The notes: generated from the sequence alone by a model not told the origin. DNA of 64,000 nucleotides from Candidatus Solibacter sp. (GCA_025463045.1 JAOAPT010000050.1:3408-67407); one strand, 5' to 3'; counted from the stretch's first letter, positions 46,448-56,094 are shown. Made by a program: numbers and translations.

Positions 46448-46482
46448 GGTGAAGCGCTCTGATCTAATCAGAGCGCTTCACC
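46448..46482 (-). other. Perfect 15-bp stem hairpin (weak terminator-like on the minus strand)
   Basis: GGTGAAGCGCTCTGA-TCTAA-TCAGAGCGCTTCACC, followed on the minus strand by TTTTGCGG. Confidence 0.5.
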
Positions 46483-46825
46483 GGCATCACTCCTCTGTGG
46501 TCGCGTAGCGTTTACCGACCTTTCGGCCTGGCGCACGAGCGTTAGGGGCAGGTAAACGCATTATCGGAAACTGGCCCAATACGACGGTTGACGCAACGCC
46601 GTGCCAGGATTACTCGCGACAAGTCGGCCAGGCTTCGCCGACTCCGCTCTCGTCAAGTGGACGGGAAATGCCGGAGCCGCTGATGCGCACTGTCAGGCTT
46701 ACCCGAGGTCGCCATCTGGAAAGTTGCCATTCGCCCACCAGAAGTTCAGCGGGAATTCGGAAAAGGGCTTATCTTAGCGCCTATGGACCTCAAGCCAATA
46801 GGCGTCGGAACGAACGCTCCACTCC

Positions 46826-48874
46826 TTACCGCGTCGCGGTGGGATATTTCTTCCACATCGCGGGGTCTGCCAGCATGGGGATGAAGAGGCCGCCGACTAC
46901 GGAGCGGGCCTGGAAGCCCTGCATCCTGGCGGTTTTCGTGTCGTACCAATCGGTCAACGGGACGCGGCTTGCGGACTCGTTGGCGAACTGCCAGGCAGGG
47001 GCGACGATCTTGTCGAAATCGGCGCGGGTGTCGGCGAGCGTGGCGGTCCACAGGACCCAATCGAGTTTGGTGTAATCCTTGCGATTGTCGAGCGGGAGGC
47101 CGTACTGGTTTTGCTTGGTGAGATAGTAGGCAATCTCACGCGAAGCGATTTCTTTCGGGAAGAGATTCAGGCCGAGCAGCTTGTCCCACACCAGGTTGTA
47201 CTTCTGGCTCCACGTGCCGGGCTTGTCGAACGCGAGCTTGTAGTGATCGCCATCGATCGCGAGCTCGACCCACTTCTTCGCGAACTCCTGGGCGGTCTGT
47301 CGGTAGCGCGCGGCGTCCTGCGGATGGCCGGTCATGGCGGCGAGCTGTGAGTACGCGCCGAGCGCGAGGATCGCTTTGATCGAGAGATTGGCGTTGTGCG
47401 CGAGGTGGCCGGCGAAATCGTCGGTGGAGAGCTGATTCTCGGGGTCGAGGCCCTTTTCCTTCAGGTATTCGGCCCATTTGGTGATCTGCGGCCAATAGCG
47501 CGCCGAGTAGTCGGCGTTGCCTTCGACGCGTGCGAGGGCGGCGAGCATGATCAGCATATTGCCGCTTTCTTCGACCGGCATCTGATTGTCTTCGGTGCGC
47601 TCTCCGCCCCCGTAGACCTGCCCGTTGGCCTGCGGATACGTGCCGAGATCGTGCGGGGCGAACGGGAAGCGCCAGCGATCCATGCGCGCGTAATCCATCA
47701 CGGGCTGGAGCTGCGCCTTCAGCAGGCGCGGACTGAAGAGCAGCGTGAAGGGCGCGCTGGGATAGATCACATCGACGGTGGCGATGCAGCCGTTGCTGAA
47801 ATTCTCCTTCGGGAAGTAGAGGGCGGTGCCATCGGCATCGGCGACGAGTTTGTGCGCGGCGAGCGCCTGGCGGTAGGCGAGGATGGCGAGGTCGGCGTAC
47901 TTCGCGCCGCCGGTCTTGCGCAGGTCGGCGGTGAGGTCGGCGTCGAACTGTTTGCTGCGCGCGAGCAGCGAATCGTGATCTTTGCGCGCGGTGCGAAGCA
48001 TGTCGGCGGCATCGGCTCCGTTGCGGCGCCACCAGGCGCGCTCGCGGCGCTGGAAGTATTCGATGGCGTACAGATCGTCGTAGGCGAGCATCAGGTAGCG
48101 CGAGGCGGGCTGCGCTCCGGTGGTCCCAAGCGCGAGTGCGTAGGCGAGGTACGGACCGCCGCGGCGCGGATCGCCGAAATCGTCGGACTCGGGCAGTCGG
48201 CCGGTCTGATCGAAGGCGGTGCGCGCGGCATTGCGATCGCCGGCGTAGGCGGAGACGCCGTCGGCGCGATCGGCGGCGAGGTAGAGATAGCCCCAGTCGA
48301 TGCGCAGATCGTCGCCGCGTTTGGCGAGCACTGGCTGGTCGCGCGAGCCCATGCGGAGGAGCGGCATGCCATCGAGCTGGAAGCGCGCGGCGGCGGCGGG
48401 CTGGTCGGGCGTGTTGACCACGAGATCGGCGGCGGCGTCGAAGTAGATCTCGATTTGGTGACGGGCGCCATCGGTCGCGGAGGCGGTGAATTCGAGATAG
48501 GTGAGCGGTCGCGAGAGCACGTCGAGATCACCGGGCAGCGCGGGAGTGAAGAACGTGAGGCCCACGGCGGCGCCCGCACCGGCGAATTCGTAGATAGTGC
48601 GGGTGGGGGTGACTTCGGCGCGCGTTTGCTGCAGTTCGGCGGACGGACGGCCCTCGCGGCCCATCAGGCGGAACGTCTTGCCATCGATGCGCGCGTAGGC
48701 GGTCAACGTGTTCGGCTTCCCGGTCCAGTGTTTCGTGCCCTCCTGGTTGAGGCGGTCGGACATGGACCAGATGCTGAAATATGGGTCGTGAGCCACCAGC
48801 GGGACGGCCGGAGGTCGTATCTGGGCGACAGCGGCAAGGCTGCCCAAGAGAAAGATTGCGGAACGCCAAAGCAT
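46826..48874 (-). CDS. Glutaminase A-like protein (DUF4965/DUF5127/DUF1793 family), secreted
   Basis: Signal peptide, then PPAVPLVAHDPYFSIWSMSDRLN...TKHWTGKPNTL...RIDGKTFRLMG, the characteristic N-terminus of this family. 682 aa. Confidence 0.75.
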   Translation of the reverse strand: MLWRSAIFLLGSLAAVAQIRPPAVPLVAHDPYFSIWSMSDRLNQEGTKHWTGKPNTLTAYARIDGKTFRLMGREGRPSAELQQTRAEVTPTRTIYEFAGAGAAVGLTFFTPALPGDLDVLSRPLTYLEFTASATDGARHQIEIYFDAAADLVVNTPDQPAAAARFQLDGMPLLRMGSRDQPVLAKRGDDLRIDWGYLYLAADRADGVSAYAGDRNAARTAFDQTGRLPESDDFGDPRRGGPYLAYALALGTTGAQPASRYLMLAYDDLYAIEYFQRRERAWWRRNGADAADMLRTARKDHDSLLARSKQFDADLTADLRKTGGAKYADLAILAYRQALAAHKLVADADGTALYFPKENFSNGCIATVDVIYPSAPFTLLFSPRLLKAQLQPVMDYARMDRWRFPFAPHDLGTYPQANGQVYGGGERTEDNQMPVEESGNMLIMLAALARVEGNADYSARYWPQITKWAEYLKEKGLDPENQLSTDDFAGHLAHNANLSIKAILALGAYSQLAAMTGHPQDAARYRQTAQEFAKKWVELAIDGDHYKLAFDKPGTWSQKYNLVWDKLLGLNLFPKEIASREIAYYLTKQNQYGLPLDNRKDYTKLDWVLWTATLADTRADFDKIVAPAWQFANESASRVPLTDWYDTKTARMQGFQARSVVGGLFIPMLADPAMWKKYPTATR

Positions 48875-48971
48875 GCAAATAGAGTGACATATAGCTCGTG
48901 CGGGCGCATCCGGGAGGCGGGGAATAGTATGAGAACTTCCTATTTAGCGACTACAGGCGTAGAATGAGAGC

Positions 48972-49223
48972 ATGGCCAGAGGTTGGGAAAGTAAGTCGGT
49001 CGAGACGCAGATCGACATGGCCGAGCAGCGGTCTGCCGCCGCTCACGCGAAAGTAGTCGGCCAGGAAACTCTCGACCTGCTTCGCAGGAAAGAGAGTCTT
49101 CTCATGTCCCGCACCCGCGTGGTCCGGGATCTTGAAAACGCACAGAATCCGCGATACAAAGCAGTCTTGAGCAAGGCCTTGGCGGATCTGGACGCGCAAC
49201 TCACAACCCTCGCTACGCTGTAG
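48972..49223 (+). CDS. Small conserved hypothetical protein (MARGWESKSVE N-terminus)
   Basis: 83-aa ORF with good coding character. I recall the MARGWESKSVE... start from small conserved proteins. No function known. Confidence 0.5.
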   Translation: MARGWESKSVETQIDMAEQRSAAAHAKVVGQETLDLLRRKESLLMSRTRVVRDLENAQNPRYKAVLSKALADLDAQLTTLATL

Positions 49224-49325
49224 CGACACAGCCGGTGTTCCGCATCGCAGGCGCGAATTCAATTGTGCTAATTCACTGTGATGCGGAGCACACCAGTACT
49301 CCCCCTCCTTCGTTATCCTTGAATA

Positions 49326-50591
49326 GTGTCTCTCGCGACCGCACGCCTAGCGACGCTGCTGTTCGCAGTCCCCGCGTTGCATGCCTATTCCGTTCTCACC
49401 CACGAAGCTATCATCGACACGGCCTGGGACACGGGCATCCGCCCGGTGCTGCTGAAAAAGTACCCGAACGCCACGCCCGACGAACTGATCAGGGCGCACG
49501 CCCACGCGTATGCGGGCTGCATCATCCAGGACATGGGCTATTACCCGTTCGGCAGCAAGCTATTTAGCGATCTGGTGCATTACGTGCGGACGGGCGATTT
49601 TCTCGTCAATCTGGTTCACGAGGCGCAGACGCTCGATGAGCTGGCGTTCGCGCTGGGTGCGCTGGCGCACTATGCGGCCGATACGCAAGGTCATAGCGTG
49701 GCGGTGAATCCCTCGGTCGCGCTGGAATATCCGAAGCTGGCGCGGAAGTTCGGGAGAGTCGTGACATATGCCGACGACAAAACTTCGCATATCAAGGTGG
49801 AGTTCAGCTTCGACGTGCTGCAGGTGGCGCGCGGAAATTACGCGCCGCAGTCGTACCACGATTTCATCGGTTTCGAGGTCTCCAAGGGAGTGCTGGAGCG
49901 TGCCTTTCGCGACACGTACTCGCTGGAGTTGACGGACGTGTTCGGCGAACTGGATCTGGCGATGGCCACGTACCGGAAAGCGGTTAGCGTGGTGATTCCG
50001 GAATTGACGCGCGTTGCATGGAATCTGAAAAAGGACGAACTGATCAAGGCGACGCCCGGCATGACCCGGCGGAAGTTCGTCTATAACATTAGCAGGGCGA
50101 GTTACCGCAAGGAGTGGGACGGGAAGTATAAGGGGCCTGGATTAGGAGCGAAAATCCTGGCGTTCATCATACGGATTCTACCCAAGGTGGGGCCGCTCAA
50201 GGCGCTGGCCTTCAGGCCGCCGACGAAACAGACCGCCGCGTTATTCGAGCTGAGCTTCGACCGCACGATCGACGAATACCGGGGTCTGCTGAACGCGGCG
50301 GGGAAGGGGACGCTCGCCCTCGCCGACTACGATTTCGACACCGGGAAGCCGACCGCTCCCGGCGAGTATCCGCTGGCGGACAATGCGTACGCCAAGCTCG
50401 CCGAGAAACTGGCGGACAAGGCGGGAAAGGATCCGGCGGCGATCGACCCGGTGCTGCTCAAGAACGTGCTCGATTTCTATCGCGATCCGCAGGTTCCGAT
50501 AGCCACTCGCAAGAAGCCCAAGGAGTGGGCGAAGGTGCAGGCGGCGCTCGACAAGCTGCGTTCGGTGCAGGCTACCGCCAAGACGGAATAG
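49326..50591 (+). CDS. Zinc-dependent phospholipase C-like family protein, secreted
   Basis: Signal peptide, then YSVLTHEAIIDTAW...AHAYAGCIIQDMGYYPFGSKLFSDLVHYVRTGDF, typical of this family. GTG start. Confidence 0.7.
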   Translation: MSLATARLATLLFAVPALHAYSVLTHEAIIDTAWDTGIRPVLLKKYPNATPDELIRAHAHAYAGCIIQDMGYYPFGSKLFSDLVHYVRTGDFLVNLVHEAQTLDELAFALGALAHYAADTQGHSVAVNPSVALEYPKLARKFGRVVTYADDKTSHIKVEFSFDVLQVARGNYAPQSYHDFIGFEVSKGVLERAFRDTYSLELTDVFGELDLAMATYRKAVSVVIPELTRVAWNLKKDELIKATPGMTRRKFVYNISRASYRKEWDGKYKGPGLGAKILAFIIRILPKVGPLKALAFRPPTKQTAALFELSFDRTIDEYRGLLNAAGKGTLALADYDFDTGKPTAPGEYPLADNAYAKLAEKLADKAGKDPAAIDPVLLKNVLDFYRDPQVPIATRKKPKEWAKVQAALDKLRSVQATAKTE

Positions 50592-50630
50592 GCGTGTGGG
50601 ATACTTGGAATTCAACCCCAAGCATCCAGA

Positions 50631-51869
50631 ATGTTCGCTTACTCGCACAATGACTATTACTGTGAGCAGGTCGCGTTGGCTGACCTTGCGCACCGCGTGG
50701 GAACTCCCGCTTACGTTTATTCCAGCGCTGAAATCCTGACAAATTACCGTGCTTACTCCGACGCATTTGCGGATTTGCCGCACACGATTTGCTACGCGGT
50801 GAAGGCGAATTCGTCGCTCGCGATTCTCGCCATGCTGGCCAAGGCGGGGGCGGGCTTCGACATCGTTTCGGGCGGCGAACTGTATCGCGTGCTGGCGGCC
50901 GGCGGCGACCCGTCGAAGGTGGTGTTTTCGGGCGTCGGCAAGACGGCGGCGGAAGTGGAGTACGCGCTGACGAGCGGGATTCGCGCGTTCAATTGCGAAT
51001 CGGAGGCCGAACTGGCGCTGATCGACGCAATGGCGGCGCGGCTCGGCAAGCAGGCGAGTTTTTCGATTCGGGTAAACCCGGATGTGGACGCGGCGACGCA
51101 TCCTTATATCTCGACGGGGCTGAGTCAGCACAAGTTCGGGATCGCGATCGCGGACGCTCCGGCGGTGTATGCGCGCGCGCGGCAGTTCCGGCACCTGGTG
51201 GCGGAGGGCGTGAGCTGCCATATCGGCTCGCAGATTCTGGATCTGAGCCCGATTCAGGAAGCGGTCGACAAGGTGCTTGCACTGGCGAACACGCTGCGCA
51301 CGGAGGGTCATCCGATCCGGCATCTGGATCTCGGCGGCGGACTGGGGGTGCCATATCGTCCGGGCGAGAACGCTCCGGCGATCGCGGACTTCGTGAAGGG
51401 ATTGCGCGAGCGCGTGCAGGCGAGCGGACTGGCGGTGACGATCGAGCCGGGGCGGAGTATCGTCGGCGCGGCGGGGATTCTGTTGACCCGCGTGCTGTAC
51501 CGCAAGCGCAACGGCGAGAAGGAATTCATGGTGGTGGATGCGGCGATGAACGATCTGATTCGTCCCTCGTTGTATCGCGCACACCATGAGATTGTGCCGC
51601 TCAGGCGGAATCCGGTGCCCCCGGTGATGGTGGATGTCGTTGGTCCGGTGTGCGAGACGGGCGACTTTCTGGCGCGCGATCGTGAAATGGCGAATGCGAT
51701 GCCGGGCGACTATCTCGCGGTGTGTACGGCGGGAGCTTACGGCTTCGTGCAGAGTTCGAATTACAACTCACGGCCGCGCGCTCCGGAGGTGCTGGTGGAA
51801 GGTGACACGTGGCGAGTCATCCGCGAGCGGGAGAGTTACTCCGATCTGGTACGGGGCGAACTGATCTGA
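50631..51869 (+). CDS. lysA: Diaminopimelate decarboxylase
   Basis: GTPAYVYS...YAVKANS (PLP lysine), LDLGGGLG, and CESGD-type CETGDFL motifs. 412 aa. Confidence 0.92.
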   Translation: MFAYSHNDYYCEQVALADLAHRVGTPAYVYSSAEILTNYRAYSDAFADLPHTICYAVKANSSLAILAMLAKAGAGFDIVSGGELYRVLAAGGDPSKVVFSGVGKTAAEVEYALTSGIRAFNCESEAELALIDAMAARLGKQASFSIRVNPDVDAATHPYISTGLSQHKFGIAIADAPAVYARARQFRHLVAEGVSCHIGSQILDLSPIQEAVDKVLALANTLRTEGHPIRHLDLGGGLGVPYRPGENAPAIADFVKGLRERVQASGLAVTIEPGRSIVGAAGILLTRVLYRKRNGEKEFMVVDAAMNDLIRPSLYRAHHEIVPLRRNPVPPVMVDVVGPVCETGDFLARDREMANAMPGDYLAVCTAGAYGFVQSSNYNSRPRAPEVLVEGDTWRVIRERESYSDLVRGELI

Positions 51870-51893
51870 GTTGGGTGGTTCGCCTCGCGGACG

Positions 51894-53360
51894 GTGCCGC
51901 CGCGGCTTCCGTATGGAGAGGGAGGTCCGGCGGCCTCCGCGATGCTGGAAGTGCCGCAGGCTGCGGACGGCACGGTCTATATTGCCGATGCGGGTAGTGG
52001 GACGATTTCCAAGGCGAGTAAGGGAGTCATCACCACAGTCGCTGGATTCACGGATTACGTCTACGATTTGCGGTTGGATGCGGCCGGTAATCTGTACATC
52101 GCGGCCGGGAGTTACGACAGATCGCATAATGGCAGTATGAGGCTGGGGAGGAACGATCCCTGCCATTGCGGCAGCGGGAAGAAATACAAGAAGTGCTGCC
52201 TTGCGGCGGAGGAGAGCGGGCCGGTAGTCGACGACCCGCTGCAGGCTGCCGAACGGAGGGCGTACTTTCTGCCGGCCACAGGAATTCCGGCGGGGCGTCT
52301 GAGTCATCTGGGCGTGCTGCCTACGGGATCGCTGCTCCGCATGTGGGCGCCGGCGGACGAGGAGGCGGCGGACGGGGTCGGAACTCTGGGAGAGTTGCTC
52401 GACTGGCTGGCGCGGGAGCACCGTCCGGGATTCATGTATCGCGGACAGGTGAAACATTATCCGGGTCTGCTGCCTTCGGGCTTCCGCGGGGCGATGGCGC
52501 CGGGCGCGGGCGACCGGGCGGTCATCGCGCTCGAGCCGGAACGGTATCGGGCCGCCATGACAGAATTGGAGACGCGGCGCTACGCGGCACTGGCACAGAT
52601 GATCCGCGAGTACGGCATTTCGCTCGGGAACATTCTGGCACAGCAGTACGGCCTGTCCTCGGAAGCCATCGACGTCACCAGCGATCTTCAGGTGGCGGGC
52701 TTCTTCGCGACACGGCGGTATCCCGAGTACCGGCAGTGGAAGGGCCGCCCGGGCGATGTCGGCGTGATTTACCGCTTCCCGTACGATACCGAAACGTGGG
52801 GCGATCCGGCGAATCTCGACACGTTCCTCACCTGCGTTGGGACCGAAGTGCCGGAGCACGGTCCCGTGTACTTCACGCACTACCGAAAGGCGTGGGACTT
52901 GCCGGGCGAACTTCAGGAGCGAATCCGCGAACAGTTCTTCACCGAGCATGGCGAGAGGCGGGTGTCGCTGTTTTCGCCATACATCGTGGTCGACGAAGAA
53001 TTCGTGCGTAACGGAGTCCGCGGGGTGGACTTTGCGGCGACGCGGGTGGGGCGCCAACACGGCGGGTTCTTGTGTCCGCCGGTGCATCGCGTCTGCCGCG
53101 TGGCAGGTCGCGTGAGGGTTCGCCGGACGCCGGGGTTCAAGACGTTCGATCCTCCGGTGGCGATCGGCGAGGAACTCCAGGGTGTGGGGAATTCGCTGAT
53201 GCTGCCGGATATGGAGGCGTTCTATTTCCGCCATGGCGATTACCGCGTACCGCTCGAGCCCGAGTACTTGTGGCCATCGGCAAAGGAAGACCCGCTCTAT
53301 GCGCGAATCGAGGAGATGTTGGGTGAGGGGGTGGTGGATCGAGGCTATCTGCCGGCTTAG
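51894..53360 (+). CDS. SEC-C motif / FRG-domain protein with NHL-like N-terminal segment
   Basis: GRNDPCHCGSGKKYKKCC (SEC-C). FMYRGQVKHYPGLLPSGFR, AQQYGLSSEAIDVTSDLQVAGFFA and RVGRQHGGF are FRG-domain-like. The N-terminal DGTVYIADAGSGTI...AAGNLYIAAG is NHL-like. Start is uncertain: GTG 51894, ATG 51942 or ATG 52137. Confidence 0.65.
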   Translation: MPPRLPYGEGGPAASAMLEVPQAADGTVYIADAGSGTISKASKGVITTVAGFTDYVYDLRLDAAGNLYIAAGSYDRSHNGSMRLGRNDPCHCGSGKKYKKCCLAAEESGPVVDDPLQAAERRAYFLPATGIPAGRLSHLGVLPTGSLLRMWAPADEEAADGVGTLGELLDWLAREHRPGFMYRGQVKHYPGLLPSGFRGAMAPGAGDRAVIALEPERYRAAMTELETRRYAALAQMIREYGISLGNILAQQYGLSSEAIDVTSDLQVAGFFATRRYPEYRQWKGRPGDVGVIYRFPYDTETWGDPANLDTFLTCVGTEVPEHGPVYFTHYRKAWDLPGELQERIREQFFTEHGERRVSLFSPYIVVDEEFVRNGVRGVDFAATRVGRQHGGFLCPPVHRVCRVAGRVRVRRTPGFKTFDPPVAIGEELQGVGNSLMLPDMEAFYFRHGDYRVPLEPEYLWPSAKEDPLYARIEEMLGEGVVDRGYLPA

Positions 53361-53377
53361 AAATCTGCCGGCTTAGA
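53346..53377. repeat. 16-bp tandem duplication spanning two convergent stop codons
   Basis: ATCTGCCGGCTTAGAA occurs twice, followed by ATCT. The first copy holds the TAG of the 51894 gene. The second copy holds the TAA (minus strand) of ribA. Confidence 0.9.
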
Positions 53378-53990
53378 AATCTTCCAGCAGGTGGCCCATT
53401 TTTTCGCGCTTGGTGCGCAGGTAATGGGCGCGGGTGTCGAGAACGTCGGCCAGGCACGGGATGCGCTCGACGACGCGCACGCCGGCCTTTTCGACGGCTT
53501 CCACCTTCTCGGGATTGTTCGACATCAGGCGGACGGCCTTCAGGCCGAAGTACCGAAGGATGGCGCCGGGGAGTTCGTAATTGCGCAGATCGCTTTCGAA
53601 GCCGAGCTGCTCGTTGGCCTCGATGGTGTCGGCGCCGTGATCCTGGAGTTCGTACGCGCGGAGCTTATTCAGCAGGCCGATCCCGCGGCCTTCCTGGTGC
53701 TCGTAAATCAACAGGCCGGTGCCTTCGCGTGCGATGCTCTCGAGCGCAATTTCCAACTGCGCGCGGCAATCGCAGCGCAGGCTGTGAAAGACGTCGCCTG
53801 TGAGGCATTGCGAGTGAATGCGAACCAGCGGCGCTTCGCCCTCGGTGAATTCGCCCATCTTCAGCACGACTGCTTCCTCGGTGCGCGAACCAATCTTGCT
53901 CTCGAAACCGAAAATCCGAAATAGTCCGAACTGGGTGGGAAACTCCGCTTCGGCCACTTTATTCAGACCGGCGGAAGTAGGGTTATTCAT
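53373..53990 (-). CDS. ribA: GTP cyclohydrolase II
   Basis: VRIHSQCLTGDVFHSLRCDCRAQLE...EGRGIGLLNKLRAYELQDHGADTIEAN. Confidence 0.92.
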   Translation of the reverse strand: MNNPTSAGLNKVAEAEFPTQFGLFRIFGFESKIGSRTEEAVVLKMGEFTEGEAPLVRIHSQCLTGDVFHSLRCDCRAQLEIALESIAREGTGLLIYEHQEGRGIGLLNKLRAYELQDHGADTIEANEQLGFESDLRNYELPGAILRYFGLKAVRLMSNNPEKVEAVEKAGVRVVERIPCLADVLDTRAHYLRTKREKMGHLLEDF

Positions 53991-54043
53991 TGCTGGGTTA
54001 TGGGGAACCTTAATGCTTTTATTATAATGGCTTCCGAGACCGA

Positions 54044-55357
54044 ATGCTCGATAGCTACTTTCCGCTGCTGGTCAAACTCGGTGCGATGGCCTCCGTCGCG
54101 AGCGTGCTGGCACGGTCAAGCAGCTTCAAAGCTCTGCTGATGCAGGAGACGCGCACGCTCAATCAACGCGTCGCGCTCTCGCTGTGGCTGGCGAGCGCGT
54201 TCGGCGCGATGGTCGCGCTGCGCGTGTTCAGCAAGAGCAATTATCCGGCGGCCGATCTGGGACTCGAGGGCAGTTTGATCGCGGGCATCCTGGGCGGCTA
54301 CGTGACGGGGCTGATGTCCGGCGTGCTGATTTCGGTTCCCGCGATGCTGAATCCATCGGGCGCCGAACTGCTGACCATGCCGCTGCTGGCGGCGGTCGGC
54401 GTATTGGGCGGTGTGCTGCGCGATCTGGCGCCCAGCACGGAGGAGATCTGGCGCTTCACTCCGTTCTTCGATCTCAACGTTTATCGCTTTTTCAAGGAAA
54501 GCCGCAATCACCGGCGCACGTCCTTTCAACTGGAATTTTCCGCGGGAATTCTGGCGGCCGAATTCTTACGCCAGCGGCTCGGCGGATTTTTTTCGAGCCG
54601 CATCTTCTCGATGACGCCGGAGGGCACTCATCCGCAGCCGTGGACGCTGGCCGCGATTTACGGTGCGACGCTGTTCGCCGTCGCCATCCCGCTGAAGATC
54701 TGGAACAACACGCGCAACGAAAAGAAACTCGAGGATCAGGAGCGCCTGCTCGCCGAGGCGCGCCTCGCGGCGTTGACCAGCCAGATCAATCCGCATTTTC
54801 TGTTCAACACATTGAACTCCGTCTCGTCATTGATTCGCACCGATCCGAACCAGGCGCGAGTCATGGTGGTGCGCCTCAGCAAAGTACTGCGCCGCCTGCT
54901 GCGCAAGCACGAAAACTTCAGCGCGCTGCGCGACGAGTTGAGCTTCATCGAAGACTACCTGGCGATCGAGGTGGTGCGCTTCGGCGACAAGCTCCGCTTC
55001 GAGCGCGATGTGAGTGAAGATACCCTGGATATGCTAGTGCCCAGCATGCTGTTACAGCCGCTGGTGGAGAACTCGATCAAGCACGGCCTAAGTAGCAAGG
55101 TGGAGGGCGGTACAATCCGAATTCGGACGTATCGCACGGAGAACCGGCTTCACCTCATGGTGGAAGACGATGGGGTGGGAATCCCGGATGAAAAGCTGGC
55201 AACACTGCTGGACCGGGGAATCGGCGTAAACAACGTGCACGAGCGGCTGCGGGTGCTGTTCGGCAACGAATATCGTATGTGGATTGAAAGTCAGCCGGGC
55301 AAAGGTGTGCGGATTCAAATTGAGGTCCCGGAATTGCAGACGGCAATAGCAGTCTAA
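54044..55357 (+). CDS. LytS-type sensor histidine kinase (5TM-LytS sensor), no adjacent response regulator
   Basis: Multi-TM N-terminus. LAALTSQINPHFLFNTLNSV His_kinase motif and HATPase region (LVENSIKHG...GIGVNNVHERL). Confidence 0.88.
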   Translation: MLDSYFPLLVKLGAMASVASVLARSSSFKALLMQETRTLNQRVALSLWLASAFGAMVALRVFSKSNYPAADLGLEGSLIAGILGGYVTGLMSGVLISVPAMLNPSGAELLTMPLLAAVGVLGGVLRDLAPSTEEIWRFTPFFDLNVYRFFKESRNHRRTSFQLEFSAGILAAEFLRQRLGGFFSSRIFSMTPEGTHPQPWTLAAIYGATLFAVAIPLKIWNNTRNEKKLEDQERLLAEARLAALTSQINPHFLFNTLNSVSSLIRTDPNQARVMVVRLSKVLRRLLRKHENFSALRDELSFIEDYLAIEVVRFGDKLRFERDVSEDTLDMLVPSMLLQPLVENSIKHGLSSKVEGGTIRIRTYRTENRLHLMVEDDGVGIPDEKLATLLDRGIGVNNVHERLRVLFGNEYRMWIESQPGKGVRIQIEVPELQTAIAV

Positions 55358-55374
55358 ATACAACGGCGGTTGCG

Positions 55375-56082
55375 GTGCTAAGGAGAGATGGTTTGAACAG
55401 ATTGGAAGAATCCGTGAACGCCTGGCCGGTCAATAACGGCCTGCCCGCCACTTTGGCCGGACGCACGCGGCGTGTCTATGACAGGCTGGCGGCCGTTTAC
55501 CCCGTTTCCACGATGTTTTTTCATTCGCGCGCGCACCGTTGCGCCCTGGACGCGAGCGGCATTCGTGACGGCATGAAGGTGCTGGAAGTTGCCACGGGAA
55601 GCGGCGAAATGTTCCGCCGCCTGATTCGGGCGAATCGCGGCGGCACCACCTTTGGCGTCGACCTGTCGCCGAACATGGCGGCACGCACGCAGCGCACCGC
55701 GCGCCACAAGTTCCCTGACGCACGCAGTCACTGCCAGGCAGTGGATGCGCGCCACATGCCGTTCCGCTCCGAGAGCTTCGATGCGGTCTTCTGCTGCTAT
55801 CTGCTGGAGCTGCTGTCGGCGGAGGACATCGTCAGCACGCTGCGCGAGTTCCGGCGCGTGCTGCGCGACCGCGGCCACCTGACGCTGGTTCTGATCGGCC
55901 AGAACACGGCCTCGTTTAACGCGGTCTACAAAGTCCTCGGCAAAGTGGCGCCGGCGTTTTGGGGACGTCAGGTGGAGCAGCGCGTTCCGCAGTTGATCGA
56001 GTCGGTGCGATTTGAGATTCTGCGGGACGAGATGGTGCGGCAAACGTTCTATCCCTCACGAATCCTTGTCGCGAAGAAGTAA
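55375..56082 (+). CDS. Class I SAM-dependent methyltransferase
   Basis: VLEVATGSGE motif I and DAVFCCYLLE. Start is GTG 55375, or TTG 55393 which is preceded by AGGAGAG. Confidence 0.75.
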   Translation: MLRRDGLNRLEESVNAWPVNNGLPATLAGRTRRVYDRLAAVYPVSTMFFHSRAHRCALDASGIRDGMKVLEVATGSGEMFRRLIRANRGGTTFGVDLSPNMAARTQRTARHKFPDARSHCQAVDARHMPFRSESFDAVFCCYLLELLSAEDIVSTLREFRRVLRDRGHLTLVLIGQNTASFNAVYKVLGKVAPAFWGRQVEQRVPQLIESVRFEILRDEMVRQTFYPSRILVAKK

Positions 56083-56094
56083 AATGTGAAGTTC

